64,000 nt of DNA from a virus (taxonomy: Duplodnaviria > Caudoviricetes), in IMG/VR virus record IMGVR_UViG_3300027898_000001; one strand, 5' to 3'. Below, piece by piece: positions 62,918 to 64,000 of the stretch (position 1 is the stretch's first letter; every line of letters starts with the position of its first letter). The translations under genes and the position numbers were made by a program. The notes under the pieces were generated by a model. It did no database searches. It was not told the origin of the DNA and saw nothing but the letters and a program-made list of their open reading frames with translations.

Positions 62918-63034
62918 TTGCATCCTGTTTTAAAATATGATATAATGAGCTATACCTATAAAGAATATCCTGTCTGCACTTTATAGGTATAGCTCATAAT
63001 CAATATTGAAATGTTTGTAAACTTTTGGAGGAGG
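62918..63034 (+). promoter_or_regulatory. repeat cassette copy 6
   Basis: TTGCAT-N17-TATAAT(62941); perfect 17-bp stem 62947-62963/62979-62995; GGAGGAGG. Confidence 0.85.
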
Positions 63035-63055
63035 TACGTTTTTGACGTAACTACT

Positions 63056-63178
63056 ATGAAAAACAAGCGTAAGAATTTCTTACGAAAACGTCACCGCAAA
63101 ATAGTTAAGAGTGTTAGAAAGATTGTTACTAATCGCGACCTCTTTCTATTTATGCTTTCCATAGCCTTGTTAGTGTAG
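63056..63178 (+). CDS. 40-aa basic-then-hydrophobic peptide
   Basis: MKNKRKNFLRKRHRKIVKSVRKIVTNRDLFLFMLSIALLV; RBS spacing long. Confidence 0.35.
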   Translation: MKNKRKNFLRKRHRKIVKSVRKIVTNRDLFLFMLSIALLV

Positions 63179-63187
63179 GTAATTATT

Positions 63188-63394
63188 ATGCTACGTGTAG
63201 TAGATGATGTTTACGATGGTACTGGTAATGTACGTTACGAATTCAATGATGGTAGTTCTGTAACGTGTAAAGAAATCCATTCAACACGTCCACCTAGTTT
63301 GGATCGTGTGAGTGGTGAATTCACCAAAGCTCAATGTGAGGCAGTCGTTGCGTACGGTCGCCTTAAAATAAACAACAATGAGGTTTCGCAATGA
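63188..63394 (+). CDS. hypothetical protein
   Basis: AGGT RBS. Confidence 0.65.
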   Translation: MLRVVDDVYDGTGNVRYEFNDGSSVTCKEIHSTRPPSLDRVSGEFTKAQCEAVVAYGRLKINNNEVSQ

Positions 63395-63654
63395 AAACTA
63401 AATACACTTGTAAAGGTTGTAGCAAGAAGATTGACCCGAAAACTTTACCTCTGAAAATGAGAGCGTACACGCCTGTTAATGCTTGTGCGTTCTCTGTGGC
63501 AGAAATCGAATGTTCTCACAAAGGTTGTGAACACCGCGAATCTGTTTTGATACCAGCTGGTACATTGTTTTCTGACGTACCTAAAATGTTGGAACGGGCT
63601 CTTGTTAATGCTCCTGTTTCACCCTCATTCACACTAGTGGTAAATGTAGCATGA
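63391..63654 (+). CDS. hypothetical protein with Cys motifs
   Basis: ATGA overlap; CKGC and CSHKGC. Confidence 0.7.
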   Translation: MKTKYTCKGCSKKIDPKTLPLKMRAYTPVNACAFSVAEIECSHKGCEHRESVLIPAGTLFSDVPKMLERALVNAPVSPSFTLVVNVA

Positions 63655-64000
63655 GTAAAACAACTGTAGGCTTAAAGAACGCTTTAGAGCATACGCAGAC
63701 GGCAGCGCGAGCTGCCTTGGCAGAGCAACATAACGCCAATTCACGCAAGACAGCAATTGAATTACTGTGTGAGAAATCGGACTCTGTGGTAGCATTAGAT
63801 TCTATCTTTGCACACCTTAGTCCTAAGTTGTCTTACTTTGAAGTTGTAGAAACGCCATTAGCTAAAGAGGTTTCTCTAACGGATTTGAAAACTGTTCTTA
63901 CAGTGTCTCTAGGACAGCACAATAATCTTATTGCGCAGTTTGGCATCTTGCAGAAAATTTCGTGTTTTGAAGTTATGTGTGAGGTGTACGAACAAGACGG
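63651..64000 (+). CDS. hypothetical protein, partial (runs off window)
   Basis: ATGA overlap; open to the window end (MSKTTVGLKN...). Confidence 0.65.
   Translation, partial: MSKTTVGLKNALEHTQTAARAALAEQHNANSRKTAIELLCEKSDSVVALDSIFAHLSPKLSYFEVVETPLAKEVSLTDLKTVLTVSLGQHNNLIAQFGILQKISCFEVMCEVYEQD

Noticed and set aside
19587-63034. CRISPR array or IS ends as the explanation for the repeats
   Set aside because: Copies are kilobases apart with no spacers, no cas genes and no transposase or target duplications

Overview
AT-rich (by eye about one-third GC), gene-dense segment of a large dsDNA bacteriophage, most likely a jumbo myophage that uses host RNA polymerase plus its own sigma factors. The taxonomy cannot be fixed from sequence alone. 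Genes run mostly on the minus strand from 1-17.5 kb and on the plus strand from 18.7-64 kb, with a 1.15-kb non-coding island rich in GNA-triloop hairpins at the switch (candidate origin). Core functions: DnaX-like clamp loader, primase, PD-(D/E)xK exonuclease, RuvC-like resolvase, two-subunit type IIA topoisomerase, HU, gp32-like SSB, intein-split RecA/UvsX, DEDDh exonuclease, two sigma factors and one tRNA(CAU). Main leads: (1) a translationally coupled operon of UDP-sulfoquinovose synthase (sqdB), two TAGT/GREB1-like glycosyltransferases and a ParB-like protein, suggesting sulfoquinovosylation of phage DNA (inference, untested); (2) six dispersed ~120-bp promoter-hairpin-RBS cassettes with covarying stems and a shared ATCCTGT loop that is also in a 97-nt candidate sRNA; (3) a phage promoter motif A[CG]TGTAAATA ahead of replication genes and a truncated second sigma factor; (4) apparently catalytically dead ligase-like and methyltransferase-like proteins, a ThDP enzyme, an Acb2/Tad1-like hairpin protein, and a cluster of extreme polyacidic and polybasic proteins. 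All family calls come from motif recognition by eye; no database search was run.
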